Shown: one piece after another, positions 9,147 to 18,416 of the stretch
How positions within the stretch are numbered: position 1 is the stretch's first letter
Layout: every line of letters starts with the position of its first letter
Assembly: GCA_039798785.1 (NCBI GenBank)
Contig: JBDKFG010000006.1
Coordinates: forward strand, 58,832 to 122,831
From: Verrucomicrobiota bacterium
GTDB lineage: Bacteria > Verrucomicrobiota > Lentisphaeria > Lentisphaerales > Lentisphaeraceae
Length of the DNA stretch: 64,000 nt
Direction: 5' to 3'
Notes under the pieces: model-generated
The model's database searches: none
What the model was told of the DNA's origin: nothing
What the model saw: the letters and a program-made list of their open reading frames with translations, nothing else
Translations under genes and position numbers: made by a program

Positions 9147-9218
9147 ATTTTTGAGATTAAATCTCAAAAATATCTTGACTGAGGTCGTGACTCCGCTATA
9201 ATTGAGATAATATCTCAA
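9147..9218 (+). promoter_or_regulatory. Sigma70 promoter flanked by two Fur-like palindromic operators
   Basis: TTGACT (9175-9180), 16-bp spacer, TATAAT (9197-9202). Palindromes ATTTTTGAGATT-A-AATCTCAAAAAT (9147-9171) and TTGAGATA-A-TATCTCAA (9202-9218) precede an iron-uptake operon. Confidence 0.8.
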
Positions 9219-9233
9219 AGTAAGGAGAGCGAC

Positions 9234-11813
9234 ATGAATCTGGTGCAAAAGATCGCCAAGCAACTTCGGCAGGAGGAAATCCTGAGGATGCCGCGGCTGA
9301 GAAAGATCTGCCCTTTGGTGCAAGCGACGATGAGCACCTTGGCCCTCAGCCAGGGGCTCTACGCTCAGGAGGGGCAGGTGACGGAGGCGGCGCCGCAGAA
9401 TCAGCCCGCGACTGAGGGGGCGAGGCGGAATTTCAAGGTGCCGGCGCAGCCTCTGTCGTCGTCATTGGCGGAGATCGCCGCACAGGGCGAAGTGCAAGTG
9501 AAAACATCGGCCGAGCTGCTGTCCGGCAGAACAGCGCCGGCCCTCACGGGCAGTCACACGGTGGAAGAGGCCTTCCGGCTCGTCCTTGCCGCCAGCGGCC
9601 TGCAGATGGTGAAGGCCGACGGCGCCTACAGGCTGGAGAGGATCGAGGCCGGAGCGCTGGAGGAGGTCGAAGTCAGCGGCCACCTGATAGCGCCCCAAAC
9701 TCTGGCGTCGCGGAAGTTCGAGGAGCCGCTGAAAAGCACCCAGACGGCCAACGTCATTGACAGCGAGGTGATCCAGCAGCAAGGAGTCAGCAGCGTCAAA
9801 GACGTCTTGCGCAACTCACCTGGCATCACCTTCCGCTCCGGCGAAGGCGGCGCGCCTCTCGGCGACAATCTCTTCATCCGCGGCGCCTCGGCGACCAACG
9901 ACGTCTTTGTCGATGGCTTCCGAAACAGCGGCGAGCAGAGCCGCGACGCCTACAACCTCGAGCAGGTGGAAGTCTTCAAAGGTCCCAACTCAGCCAACTT
10001 CGGCCGCGGCTCCTCCGGCGGCGCCATCAACCTGGTGACGAAAAAGGCGAAGCTTGAGGACTTCAGCACCCTGAGCATCGGGGGCGGCTCGCACGAATAC
10101 TGGCGAAACACCCTCGATTCGAACTGCATCCTCTCCGAGAAGAACGGCGGCGCGATCCGCCTCAACGCCATGACAGCGCAAGCCGCCGTGCCCGATCGCG
10201 ATCAGACCGAGAATGAATCCCTTGCCGTCAACCCCAGCCTCGCCTACGGCCTCGGCACCGCCACCCGCCTCAGCCTCGCCTACGAACACCTCCAGCAAGA
10301 GAGCCTGCCCGACAACGGCATCCCGACCCTCGCCTACGACAGCTACAGATCCCCCAACACCTCGACCACGGCCCAGTCGAACAGCCGCCAGGGACGCCAC
10401 GGCGTCGATCGCCGCAACTTCTACGGCTTCCCCCACCGCGATGAACAGAAGCTGGTCAGCGACAAGGTCGATTTCGGCATCGAACAGGACTTGGACGACG
10501 ACTGGACCTTGAGCAACAACAGCTCCCTGCTCAACAGCCGCAACTTCGTCTGGGGCACCGTCACCCAAGGCCTCGGCAAGGGCAATCCCGCCAGCGGTGC
10601 GGTGACCGCAAACGACAGCGGCAGCGACCTGTCGATCGACGACAAGATCCGCGACACCGAAGTCCTCACCCTGCAGAACAACAGCCTCCTCACTGGCAAG
10701 TTCGAGACAGGAGGCCTCAAGCATAGCGCGGTGACCGGGCTCGACCTCAGCTGGGAACGCTTCGAGCAGTTCGAGAACACCAGCGCGACCTATTCCCGCG
10801 ACGGCGGCGCCAGCTTCCAGAACTCGACCTACACCGATCTCCACTCGCCGGACACCGCGTCGATCATCACCAAAGGCGGCGGCCAGCGGACTGGCGGCAG
10901 TCAGCGCAGCCAGGCCGACGGCATCGGGCTCTACCTCGGCGACACCGTCGATCTGAATGAACAATGGTCGGTCAACGGCATGGGGCGCCTCGACTACTAC
11001 AGCATCCGCCAGGAGGACGACCGCAAGCTCACGGCCGCCAACACCGACGGCCTCGGCAGCGACGAGCTTCTGCCGAGCTGGCGCAGCGGCCTCGCCTACA
11101 AGCCGGCGGAGAACGGCTCGATCTACTTCGGCATCGGCAACTCCCTCAGCCCCGCCAGTTCCAACGCCACCAACGGCTACCTCTTTTCCAGCAGCGCCAG
11201 CAGCACCGCACGCTCCGATCTCGAGCCGATCGAGACCCGCAGCTGCGAGATCGGCACCAAGTGGGAATTCTTCGACCAGAAGCTCAACCTCTTCGCCGCC
11301 GTCTTCGAGAACGATGTCAAGAACAACCTCACCTTGGTCCCCGGCAGCAGCCCGGCCGAGTACCTGCAGATCGGCAGTCAGACCACCCAGGGCCTAGAGC
11401 TCGGCGCCTCCGGCAAGATCAACGAAACGTGGACCCTCCTCGGCGGCTACGCCATCATGCGCAGCGAGATCGACAGCCTGCAAGCGTATGAGGACGGCAA
11501 TGAAGTGCCCTTCACTCCCGAGCAATCGGCCAGCCTGTGGACCCAACACCAGATCACCGACAAGTTCAGCTTCGGTCTCGGCGCCCAATACTCCGGCATG
11601 ATGACCTATGACACCCGCGGCACCCAGGCCCCCGATGAGGCACGCTACATCCTCTACAACGCCATGGCTAATTATCAGTTCAATCAGAGCCTGTCCCTGC
11701 AACTCAACCTGAACAATCTGCTCGATGAAGACTACATCGCCGCCGGCGGCCCCAGCCGCGTCATCCCCGGCGCCGGACGCTCGGGCTTCCTCACTCTCAC
11801 CTACAAATTCTGA
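9234..11813 (+). CDS. TonB-dependent siderophore receptor (Fiu/PiuA-like) with N-terminal STN domain
   Basis: STN-like FKVPAQPLSSSL; plug domain (LRNSPGITF, EQVEVFKGPNS, GGAINLVTK); C-terminal NNLLDEDY...GRSGFLTLTYKF; followed by piuC. Confidence 0.92.
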   Translation: MNLVQKIAKQLRQEEILRMPRLRKICPLVQATMSTLALSQGLYAQEGQVTEAAPQNQPATEGARRNFKVPAQPLSSSLAEIAAQGEVQVKTSAELLSGRTAPALTGSHTVEEAFRLVLAASGLQMVKADGAYRLERIEAGALEEVEVSGHLIAPQTLASRKFEEPLKSTQTANVIDSEVIQQQGVSSVKDVLRNSPGITFRSGEGGAPLGDNLFIRGASATNDVFVDGFRNSGEQSRDAYNLEQVEVFKGPNSANFGRGSSGGAINLVTKKAKLEDFSTLSIGGGSHEYWRNTLDSNCILSEKNGGAIRLNAMTAQAAVPDRDQTENESLAVNPSLAYGLGTATRLSLAYEHLQQESLPDNGIPTLAYDSYRSPNTSTTAQSNSRQGRHGVDRRNFYGFPHRDEQKLVSDKVDFGIEQDLDDDWTLSNNSSLLNSRNFVWGTVTQGLGKGNPASGAVTANDSGSDLSIDDKIRDTEVLTLQNNSLLTGKFETGGLKHSAVTGLDLSWERFEQFENTSATYSRDGGASFQNSTYTDLHSPDTASIITKGGGQRTGGSQRSQADGIGLYLGDTVDLNEQWSVNGMGRLDYYSIRQEDDRKLTAANTDGLGSDELLPSWRSGLAYKPAENGSIYFGIGNSLSPASSNATNGYLFSSSASSTARSDLEPIETRSCEIGTKWEFFDQKLNLFAAVFENDVKNNLTLVPGSSPAEYLQIGSQTTQGLELGASGKINETWTLLGGYAIMRSEIDSLQAYEDGNEVPFTPEQSASLWTQHQITDKFSFGLGAQYSGMMTYDTRGTQAPDEARYILYNAMANYQFNQSLSLQLNLNNLLDEDYIAAGGPSRVIPGAGRSGFLTLTYKF

Positions 11814-11821
11814 GCCCCGCC

Positions 11822-12502
11822 ATGATCCTCAGCATTCCCGACATCCTCAGCCCGGAAGAACTCGCCCTCGGCCGGGAAATCCTCGAAAAGGCGACCTGGA
11901 TCGACGGCTCGGCCACCGCCGGCCACCAGTCGTCACAGGTGAAGAACAACCTGCAGCTGCCCCAGGACGGCGAAGCCGCCCGCAAGGTCGGCGAGATGAT
12001 CCTCCGCGGCCTCGCCCGCTCGCCCCTCTTCCTCAGCGCCGCCCTGCCCAAGGAGATTTATCCGCCCCTCTTCAGCCGCTACGCCGCCGGGCAAAGCTTC
12101 GGCAGCCATGTCGACAACGCCGTCCGCCACCTCCCCGGCGGACGCGGCGCCATCCGGACGGATTTATCCTGCACCTACTTCTTCGCCGGGCCGGAGGAGT
12201 ACGAGGGCGGCGAGCTGTGCATCCGCGACACCTACGGCGTCCAGCAGGTCAAGCTGCCGGCCGGACAGATGATCCTCTACCCCTCTTCCAGCCTGCACTG
12301 GGTCAACCCCGTCACCCGCGGCGCCCGCCTCTGCTCCTTCTTCTGGCTGCAGAGCCTGATCCGTCAGGACGAACGGCGCTCGCTGCTATTCGACATGGAC
12401 GTGGCAATCCAGCGCCTCGCAGGAGAAAATCCCAGGCACTTGTCGGTGCTGGAGCTCACCAACAACTACCACAACCTGCTGCGGATGTGGGCGGATCTAT
12501 GA
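11822..12502 (+). CDS. piuC: PKHD-type Fe(II)/2-oxoglutarate-dependent hydroxylase (PiuC/YbiX)
   Basis: WIDGSATAG..VKNNLQL, HVDNA, RTDLS, YEGGEL, YPSSSLH, YHNLLRMW. Confidence 0.93.
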   Translation: MILSIPDILSPEELALGREILEKATWIDGSATAGHQSSQVKNNLQLPQDGEAARKVGEMILRGLARSPLFLSAALPKEIYPPLFSRYAAGQSFGSHVDNAVRHLPGGRGAIRTDLSCTYFFAGPEEYEGGELCIRDTYGVQQVKLPAGQMILYPSSSLHWVNPVTRGARLCSFFWLQSLIRQDERRSLLFDMDVAIQRLAGENPRHLSVLELTNNYHNLLRMWADL

Positions 12503-13188
12503 AGGCTGCATCAGCTCGCGACTGCGCCGTCAGCGCCGCCTGCGGACTCCTCCTCGTCGGCAGCCTTCTCGGCTCCGGAGCGCCGCCAAAGCCCCCCGCC
12601 GCCCCGCCGCCCGCACCCTTGCAGATCCCGCCGCCGCCCGTGCCGCTGGAACTGCAGCTGGAAGCAGAGAAACCCGCTCCGGCTCACAGCCCGGCTCACA
12701 GCCAGGCGCCTGCCCAGCCCCTGCCTGCCCCCCCGCACCTTGAGATGCCGCCGCCCCTCACGGAGACGATCCCCGCCCACGCCTTCGCCCTGCCGCCCCT
12801 GCCGGAGATCAGCAGCCTCCTCCCCGTCGAACAGCTGCCGCGCCCCGCCCTGATCCAGCTCCCCGCCACAGCTAATTCCCGCGGAAATGCCGCCGCCCCG
12901 AGCCCGTCACCACCCTCGGTGCAAACCCTCGCCTTCGGCGTCGGCGCCGGCAAGCAACCCGCGCCCCGCTATCCGCGTGAAGCCCTCCGACGCGGCCAGC
13001 AAGGCTCGGTCGAAATCCTCTTCTCCGTCAACCGCGATGGAGCGGTCGAGACGGCCGAAATCCTCTCGCCAAGCCCCTGGCCGCTGCTCAATCAGGAAGC
13101 CCTGCGCGTCGTCCGCGAACGCTGGAACTTCCCTCCCGGCGAGTGCCGCCGCTATCGCGTCCCCATCCGCTTCAAACTCGAAAAATGA
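12499..13188 (+). CDS. tonB: Energy transducer TonB
   Basis: N-terminal anchor, Pro-rich linker, and TonB_C (PRYPREALRRGQQGSV...VPIRFKL). ATG overlaps the piuC stop. Confidence 0.88.
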   Translation: MKAASARDCAVSAACGLLLVGSLLGSGAPPKPPAAPPPAPLQIPPPPVPLELQLEAEKPAPAHSPAHSQAPAQPLPAPPHLEMPPPLTETIPAHAFALPPLPEISSLLPVEQLPRPALIQLPATANSRGNAAAPSPSPPSVQTLAFGVGAGKQPAPRYPREALRRGQQGSVEILFSVNRDGAVETAEILSPSPWPLLNQEALRVVRERWNFPPGECRRYRVPIRFKLEK

Positions 13189-13198
13189 GAACCGCCCC

Positions 13199-13897
13199 AT
13201 GAACATGTGCAGACCTTTCCTCGCCAACGCCGCCTACGACTTCATCGTCGAGGGAGGCCCGATCATGGCCCCGATCCTCCTCGCCCTCTTCCTCGCCCTC
13301 ACCGTCCTCCTCGAACGCAGCCTCTGGTGGCTCTCCCTCCGCCGCCGCGCCGATCCGGCCTCTCGCGACCGGCTCTGGCAAGCCCTAGCCGCCGGGGATT
13401 TCCGCCAGGCCATCGAAATCTGCCGCGCCAGCCCCGATCCGCTCCTGGCCATCCTCCACCAAGGCCTGATCCACGCCCACGGCAGCTTCCTCGGCGCCAT
13501 GCAGATCGCCGCCACCCGCTTCGCCGCCGAAGCCGAAAAACGCCTGTGGATCCTCAGCACCCTGATCACCCTCGCTCCCCTGCTCGGCTTGATGGGCACG
13601 GTCCTCGGCATCATGCACAGCTTCTCCTTCGTCGGCGACGCCGAACTCGCCGTCAGCAAGGTCGGCGGCGGCATCGGCGAAGCCCTCATCGCCACCGCCG
13701 CCGGCCTCGCCGTCGCCATCCTCTGCCTCCTCCCCTACAACTACTTCCGCCGCCGCCTTCAAAGCCTCCGCGATGACTTCGAAATCGCCATCAACCACAC
13801 CGAATTGGTGGTCGCCGCGGCAAAACACCACGGCCATGACCTCGAAGCCTTCGCCCGCCGACAGGCTGCCGATTCGTTCCAGTCCCCGCGGAATTGA
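13199..13897 (+). CDS. exbB: MotA/TolQ/ExbB proton channel
   Basis: GGPIMAPI, APLLGLMGTVLGI, GIGEALIATAAGL. Confidence 0.92.
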   Translation: MNMCRPFLANAAYDFIVEGGPIMAPILLALFLALTVLLERSLWWLSLRRRADPASRDRLWQALAAGDFRQAIEICRASPDPLLAILHQGLIHAHGSFLGAMQIAATRFAAEAEKRLWILSTLITLAPLLGLMGTVLGIMHSFSFVGDAELAVSKVGGGIGEALIATAAGLAVAILCLLPYNYFRRRLQSLRDDFEIAINHTELVVAAAKHHGHDLEAFARRQAADSFQSPRN

Positions 13898-13900
13898 ACC

Positions 13901-14317
13901 ATGCCTGTCCGACTCAGCCCCCGCCGCCACGATGACGACGAAGCCAGGATCGAGATCATCCCCCTCATCGACATCATGTTCTTCCTCCTCGCCGCCTTCA
14001 TGCTGCTCAGCTTGAAGATGGTCCGCCTCAACACCACCCAGGTGAAGCTGCCCGCCAGCGCCTCCGCCAGCCCCGATCCGGCCAAGGACCAACCCCTCGT
14101 CGTCACCGTCGCCGCCAGCGGCATCATCAGCTTCGAGAAAACGCCTCTCAGCCCCTCCGAACTCGCCGCCCGCCTCAAGCCCCTGGCCGCCTCCGGCAAT
14201 CTCCGCGTCCTCATCGCCGGCGACGCCGACTCACGCCACCGCGACCTGATGCGCACCCTCGACGCGGTCCGCCTGGCCGGCGTCTCCAGCGTCGCCTTCG
14301 TCGCTCAAAAGGAATGA
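13901..14317 (+). CDS. exbD: Biopolymer transporter ExbD
   Basis: IEIIPLIDIMFFLLAAFM, VLIAGD. Confidence 0.93.
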   Translation: MPVRLSPRRHDDDEARIEIIPLIDIMFFLLAAFMLLSLKMVRLNTTQVKLPASASASPDPAKDQPLVVTVAASGIISFEKTPLSPSELAARLKPLAASGNLRVLIAGDADSRHRDLMRTLDAVRLAGVSSVAFVAQKE

Positions 14318-14321
14318 CCCC

Positions 14322-14906
14322 ATGCCCCGACTGGCTCATATCAACCTCCTAGGACTCCTCCTGCTCGGCTCCGTCTGCCTCTGGCAATGGCGACGCGAAG
14401 CCGGACTTCGCCACCAGCTCTCCGCTCAGTCGCAGCTCGCCTGCCGCCAGGAAGCCCGCCACCGCGATCTCGAATCGGAGAAATCGCGCCTCGCCGCCGA
14501 CCTAGAACTCTTCCGCCAACAAGCCAAGACCCAAGGCGAGGCCCTCGAACTCGAGAGAACCAAACGGCTCGAGACTGAGTCGAAACTGCACCTGGCCTCC
14601 GGCGAAAACGCGCAACTGAAGCGCAGTCTGGCCGAATGGACCGGCGCCCTCCAGGCTCGGGAAACCCGTCTCGCCGAAATCTCAATGCAGCGCGACAAGA
14701 TCGCCGCCCAGCTGCATCAGGCCGCCACCACCTGCACCGAGCTGCATCGCCAGGCCGAGACAGCGCTGCATCTCCTGCAACAGCGCACCGAGGACTGCAA
14801 CCGCCTCACCCAGGAGCTCAATCATCGCCAGCGCGAATCCCTCGAACTCACCGAGCTTCTCAACCGCAGAACCGCCGAATACCAGCAGCTGCTGAACCAA
14901 CGCTGA
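14322..14906 (+). CDS. Membrane-anchored coiled-coil hypothetical protein
   Basis: N-terminal TM, then an L/E/Q/R-rich heptad-like body. Starts 4 nt after exbD. Confidence 0.75.
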   Translation: MPRLAHINLLGLLLLGSVCLWQWRREAGLRHQLSAQSQLACRQEARHRDLESEKSRLAADLELFRQQAKTQGEALELERTKRLETESKLHLASGENAQLKRSLAEWTGALQARETRLAEISMQRDKIAAQLHQAATTCTELHRQAETALHLLQQRTEDCNRLTQELNHRQRESLELTELLNRRTAEYQQLLNQR

Positions 14907-14980
14907 GCTGCAGGATCGCGCACCCCGCCCGAACTCAACTTGGATTCCGAAGCTGAGCTTGGGCTCAGCTCGGGAATCCG

Positions 14981-15007
14981 ATTCAAGATTCAAAATTCAA
15001 GATTCAA
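14981..15007 (+). repeat. TTCAA(G/A)A heptamer tandem repeat
   Basis: ATTCAAGATTCAAAATTCAAGATTCAA; same unit as at 30909, 45977 and 60997. Confidence 0.75.
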
Positions 15008-15131
15008 CAGAACGCGAACAAAATCAAAGATTTAGCATCCAAGACTGAAGGCTGACTCAGAGCTTCAACTTCGGAATCGAGGCTCAATAAATATCTACGA
15101 AAGAGAGCTCCAGCCTTGAGGCTGATTCACT

Positions 15132-15476
15132 TCATGGGTCGCGCCAAAGATAGATCATAATATTTTGATCTGAAACCTGTCGTGCAGACCAAGCAACCCC
15201 GCAGCGGCGAGAGCTGTAAACAGCCTCGGCAGCTTGCTCCGCAAGAGTCTCCGCTTCCTCCAATGAACGGCATACGAGCAAGCCGCTCGATTGCAGTTCT
15301 TCGTCAGTCAAGGATGCACCAGACAACACCTTGTCCCAGAGGATTTCCGCGGTGTTCTTTCGCTTGCGTTTTCCGCACTTCGGTCGACGGAACTCTAGGT
15401 CGGAGGCGATGATGAAACGACAAGGAAGGGATAGGTCGCTACCTTCTTGCTGCAGCAACGCGGCTAGGGAAGCCAC
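15132..15476 (-). CDS. Hypothetical protein
   Basis: 114-aa ORF starting immediately after the hisS stop; no recognisable motif. Confidence 0.45.
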   Translation of the reverse strand: MASLAALLQQEGSDLSLPCRFIIASDLEFRRPKCGKRKRKNTAEILWDKVLSGASLTDEELQSSGLLVCRSLEEAETLAEQAAEAVYSSRRCGVAWSARQVSDQNIMIYLWRDP

Positions 15477-15477
15477 C

Positions 15478-16788
15478 TCATCCTCGCAGCTCTTTCACCA
15501 GGGCCTCGAGATCAAGCGGGCCCTGAGCTCCGGCGACCAGGTTTTTCATCTGGAAGCTGCCGTCGGCTTCAGGCATCACGATGAAGCGGGCGCCGCGTTT
15601 TTCGGCGAACTGGATCTGCTTGCCGAAGCGCTTGGCGGAGGGAGTGGTCTCGACCCGCAGGCCGGCGGCGCGGAGCTGCGCCGCGACTTGGTTGCCGAGT
15701 GGACGCTGATTCTCGTCGAAGAGCAGCACCATCACTTCGGTGGGAGTGGCGGGCAAGGGCGCGAGACGGCCCGATTCGAAGAGGATGTAGAGAAGGCGGC
15801 TGACTCCGATCGACAGGCCGACGCCGGGGAGCTTGCGCTCGGTGAACTTGCTGGCGAGGTTGTCGTAGCGGCCGCCGGAGCAGACCGAGCCGTACTGCTC
15901 GAGGCCGACGAGATTGCACTCGTAGACCGAGCCGGTGTAGTAGTCGAGGCCGCGGGCGATGCTGAGGTCGAAGCGGATGCGGCCGGCGGGCAGATGGGCG
16001 AGGTTTTTGAAGATGCTTTCCAGCTCAAGCTTGGCCAAAGCGACGATCTCGTGCGAGGTGTCGAGGCTGGCGAGGAAGTCGAAGGCCTCGGTCAGGGAAT
16101 ATTTGCGCGAGGCGAGGTCGACGCAGAAGGCCGCCTGTTCGGCGCTGAGGCCGTTTTCCAGAAGCAGCTTGGTGACGCCGTCCTTGCCGATCTTGTCGAT
16201 CTTGTCGACCGCGATCAGGGTCTTGCCGAACTCGTTGATGCCTTGCTGACGGTAGAGGCCGTCGAGGAGCTTGCGGTTGTTGATGCGGATGACGAAGTCG
16301 CCGACTTGCAGGGCTTCGAAGATGTCGTGCAAAACCTGCACCACTTCGGCCTCGTAGTGAAGCGGCAGCTCGCCGTCGCCGACGATGTCGATATCGCTCT
16401 GATAGAACTCGCGGTAGCGGCCGGACTGGGCTTTTTCGCCGCGCCAGACCTTCTGCTGCTGGTAGCGCTTGAAGGGGAACTGCAGATTGGCGTAGTTGTC
16501 GGCGGTGTAGCGGGCGAAGGGCAGGGTGAGGTCGAAGTGGAGGCCGAATTCCCCTTCGCGGTCTTCGGTGGCGGCGGCGAGGCGGTGGATGCCGAAGATC
16601 TCCTTCGAGACGTCGCCGGAGGTGGCCAAGGCCTCGACCTTCTCGACGGCGCAGGTTTCGATCGGGGTGTAGCCGTAGGATTCGTAGATGCGGCGGATGC
16701 TCGCCATCACTTCTTGTTCGCGGCGGCGGGCGCCGGGAAGCCATTCGGGGAAGCCGCGGTGGAATTTGCCGAAGAATGCGTCGCTCAT
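15478..16788 (-). CDS. hisS: Histidine--tRNA ligase
   Basis: GFPEWLP, LHFDLTLPFARY, GRYREFYQSDID, RGLDYYTG, GGRYDNL. ATG at 16788. Confidence 0.96.
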   Translation of the reverse strand: MSDAFFGKFHRGFPEWLPGARRREQEVMASIRRIYESYGYTPIETCAVEKVEALATSGDVSKEIFGIHRLAAATEDREGEFGLHFDLTLPFARYTADNYANLQFPFKRYQQQKVWRGEKAQSGRYREFYQSDIDIVGDGELPLHYEAEVVQVLHDIFEALQVGDFVIRINNRKLLDGLYRQQGINEFGKTLIAVDKIDKIGKDGVTKLLLENGLSAEQAAFCVDLASRKYSLTEAFDFLASLDTSHEIVALAKLELESIFKNLAHLPAGRIRFDLSIARGLDYYTGSVYECNLVGLEQYGSVCSGGRYDNLASKFTERKLPGVGLSIGVSRLLYILFESGRLAPLPATPTEVMVLLFDENQRPLGNQVAAQLRAAGLRVETTPSAKRFGKQIQFAEKRGARFIVMPEADGSFQMKNLVAGAQGPLDLEALVKELRG

Positions 16789-16927
16789 GGGGGGATCCTG
16801 TGGGTTTTTTGAACCCGCCCAATCTGCCGCGGCTTGTCGCGAGCGCAAGACGGGACTCAAGCTTCCAGCTTGAGGAGCTCAACCGGCTGGCAGCCGGCGC
16901 TCCCAGGGAACCTATTCACCGATCTTA

Positions 16928-17440
16928 TTACGACTTATTGCGGAGGCGAATTCCTTTCTTGGTGGCACCCTCGAGAGCTTCGCGTTTGAGGCGGGCACGT
17001 CGCGCGGCATCGAGGGTTTCCGCCGCGCTGTGGCGGCTGTAGGCGGAGACACCGCCGATGAGTGTCAACAGCCACAAAAAGACGGCGACGGCCCAGGGAA
17101 GTCCACCTTGCGGCGGATCGAAGGAGACCCAGTAGGAATAAGCATTTTTCGGATCGGGATGGATCCAGATGCGGGCTCCGGGCTTCGGGTTCAGAGGGGC
17201 GCGATGCTCGCTGGTCTCCGAATAGCGGATTTTGTCGACATGCCAGGTTGCTGTGAGTGCGATCTTAGGTTTTGATTTCTTGCGATGTGAGCTGCGTTTG
17301 ATGTTTTTCACGCTCCAGCTTTCGGCTTCGTAGCCAGGCCAGGAGAGGCGTTCGGCGGTGTTTTGGTGCCAAGCGATGGTGCCACCGAGGACCAGTATGG
17401 CGAGGAGGGAGCAGATGAAGACAATCAATTTCACGGACAT
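16928..17440 (-). CDS. Hypothetical two-TM membrane protein (DUF3592-like layout)
   Basis: MSVKLIVFICSLLAIL..., a beta-rich middle and a second TM near the C terminus. Confidence 0.6.
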   Translation of the reverse strand: MSVKLIVFICSLLAILVLGGTIAWHQNTAERLSWPGYEAESWSVKNIKRSSHRKKSKPKIALTATWHVDKIRYSETSEHRAPLNPKPGARIWIHPDPKNAYSYWVSFDPPQGGLPWAVAVFLWLLTLIGGVSAYSRHSAAETLDAARRARLKREALEGATKKGIRLRNKS

Positions 17441-17562
17441 GACCTTGGAAGTGGAGTTGAGCAAGCTCGGGAAGCTACTGCGAACTGCAGAGGGCAGCCC
17501 TTCCGAAGCTCCGTGAATTGCGGAAGCCAAGTTACTCCGTGGGCCGGCGCTCCCCAGGAAGC

Positions 17563-18411
17563 TCAAACCCGGTAGAATTCCTTGCTGCCGGGCCGGCGCG
17601 GCGGACGTTTGGCGAGGTGGGCCTGGACGGCGCGGAAGAGGGCCTTGGTTTCGTTCATCGACACCTGATCGCCGAGATAGAGACGGAGGAAGCGCCAACG
17701 CTGGCTGAGGCTGAGATGGCGGAGGCCGCGGCGGGCGAGGGAGCTGAGGTCGAGGATGCGCGAATGGCGGGCGGTCAGGCGGGCAATCAGGCCGGAGCGC
17801 TGGCGGGGGCAGTCCATCCACACGAGCTCGTAGCCCTCGCCGAGGCGGCGGACCAGGAGGTTGCGCCACTTCAGGTCGCAGTGGTAGAAATTTGCGGCGT
17901 GCGCAAGCTTGAGCTGCGTCGCCAGGTGTCGCGATAAATCCAACACCAGTTTGGCTCGGGCCTCCGGCGCGAGCGGGTCGAGCTGACGCTCGGCGAATTT
18001 CGCCAGGTCGGAGATCGCGCCGGCGTCTTCGGTGACGATGTAGGCTTCGAAGAGGCGGCCGAAATCGCGGCGTTCGCCGAGGGCGCGGCACTTCAGGGTC
18101 GGGATGCCGAGCTCCGCCAGGATGGCATAGCCCTGGGACTCGATCTGGGCCTTGCTGCGGCGCAGGAAGAATTCCCAAGGAGTCGCCCGGAGTTCGTAGA
18201 CCTTGGCGTAGAGCGCCGGGCCGGACTCGGCTTCAAGCCGGGTGACGAGGCCGCTGGCGCTGCGTTCGATCTGCTGCCCCTTCAAGGCCTCGCGCCAGTC
18301 ACCAGCGCGATCGAGGCCGAGGCGGGCCAAGATGGCCTCATCGGCCACGGCATGGCAACGGGCGAGGCCGTGCCAGGCCAGAGGCAGAAGTCGAAACGGG
18401 GCGGGCGACAC
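17563..18411 (-). CDS. Lipopolysaccharide kinase (InaA/WaaP/Kdo kinase family)
   Basis: LYAKVY, HCDLKWRNLL, WMDCPR, DLSSL. Confidence 0.85.
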   Translation of the reverse strand: MSPAPFRLLPLAWHGLARCHAVADEAILARLGLDRAGDWREALKGQQIERSASGLVTRLEAESGPALYAKVYELRATPWEFFLRRSKAQIESQGYAILAELGIPTLKCRALGERRDFGRLFEAYIVTEDAGAISDLAKFAERQLDPLAPEARAKLVLDLSRHLATQLKLAHAANFYHCDLKWRNLLVRRLGEGYELVWMDCPRQRSGLIARLTARHSRILDLSSLARRGLRHLSLSQRWRFLRLYLGDQVSMNETKALFRAVQAHLAKRPPRRPGSKEFYRV

Positions 18412-18416
18412 GGGGC

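Noticed and set aside
11725..12498. Long N-terminal extensions of track ORFs (tonB 487 aa; likewise 1322, 12887, 27008, 29541, 44183, 47359, 56233)
   Set aside because: The extensions overlap upstream genes in another frame; starts were reassigned to internal ATGs with coupling or RBS support.
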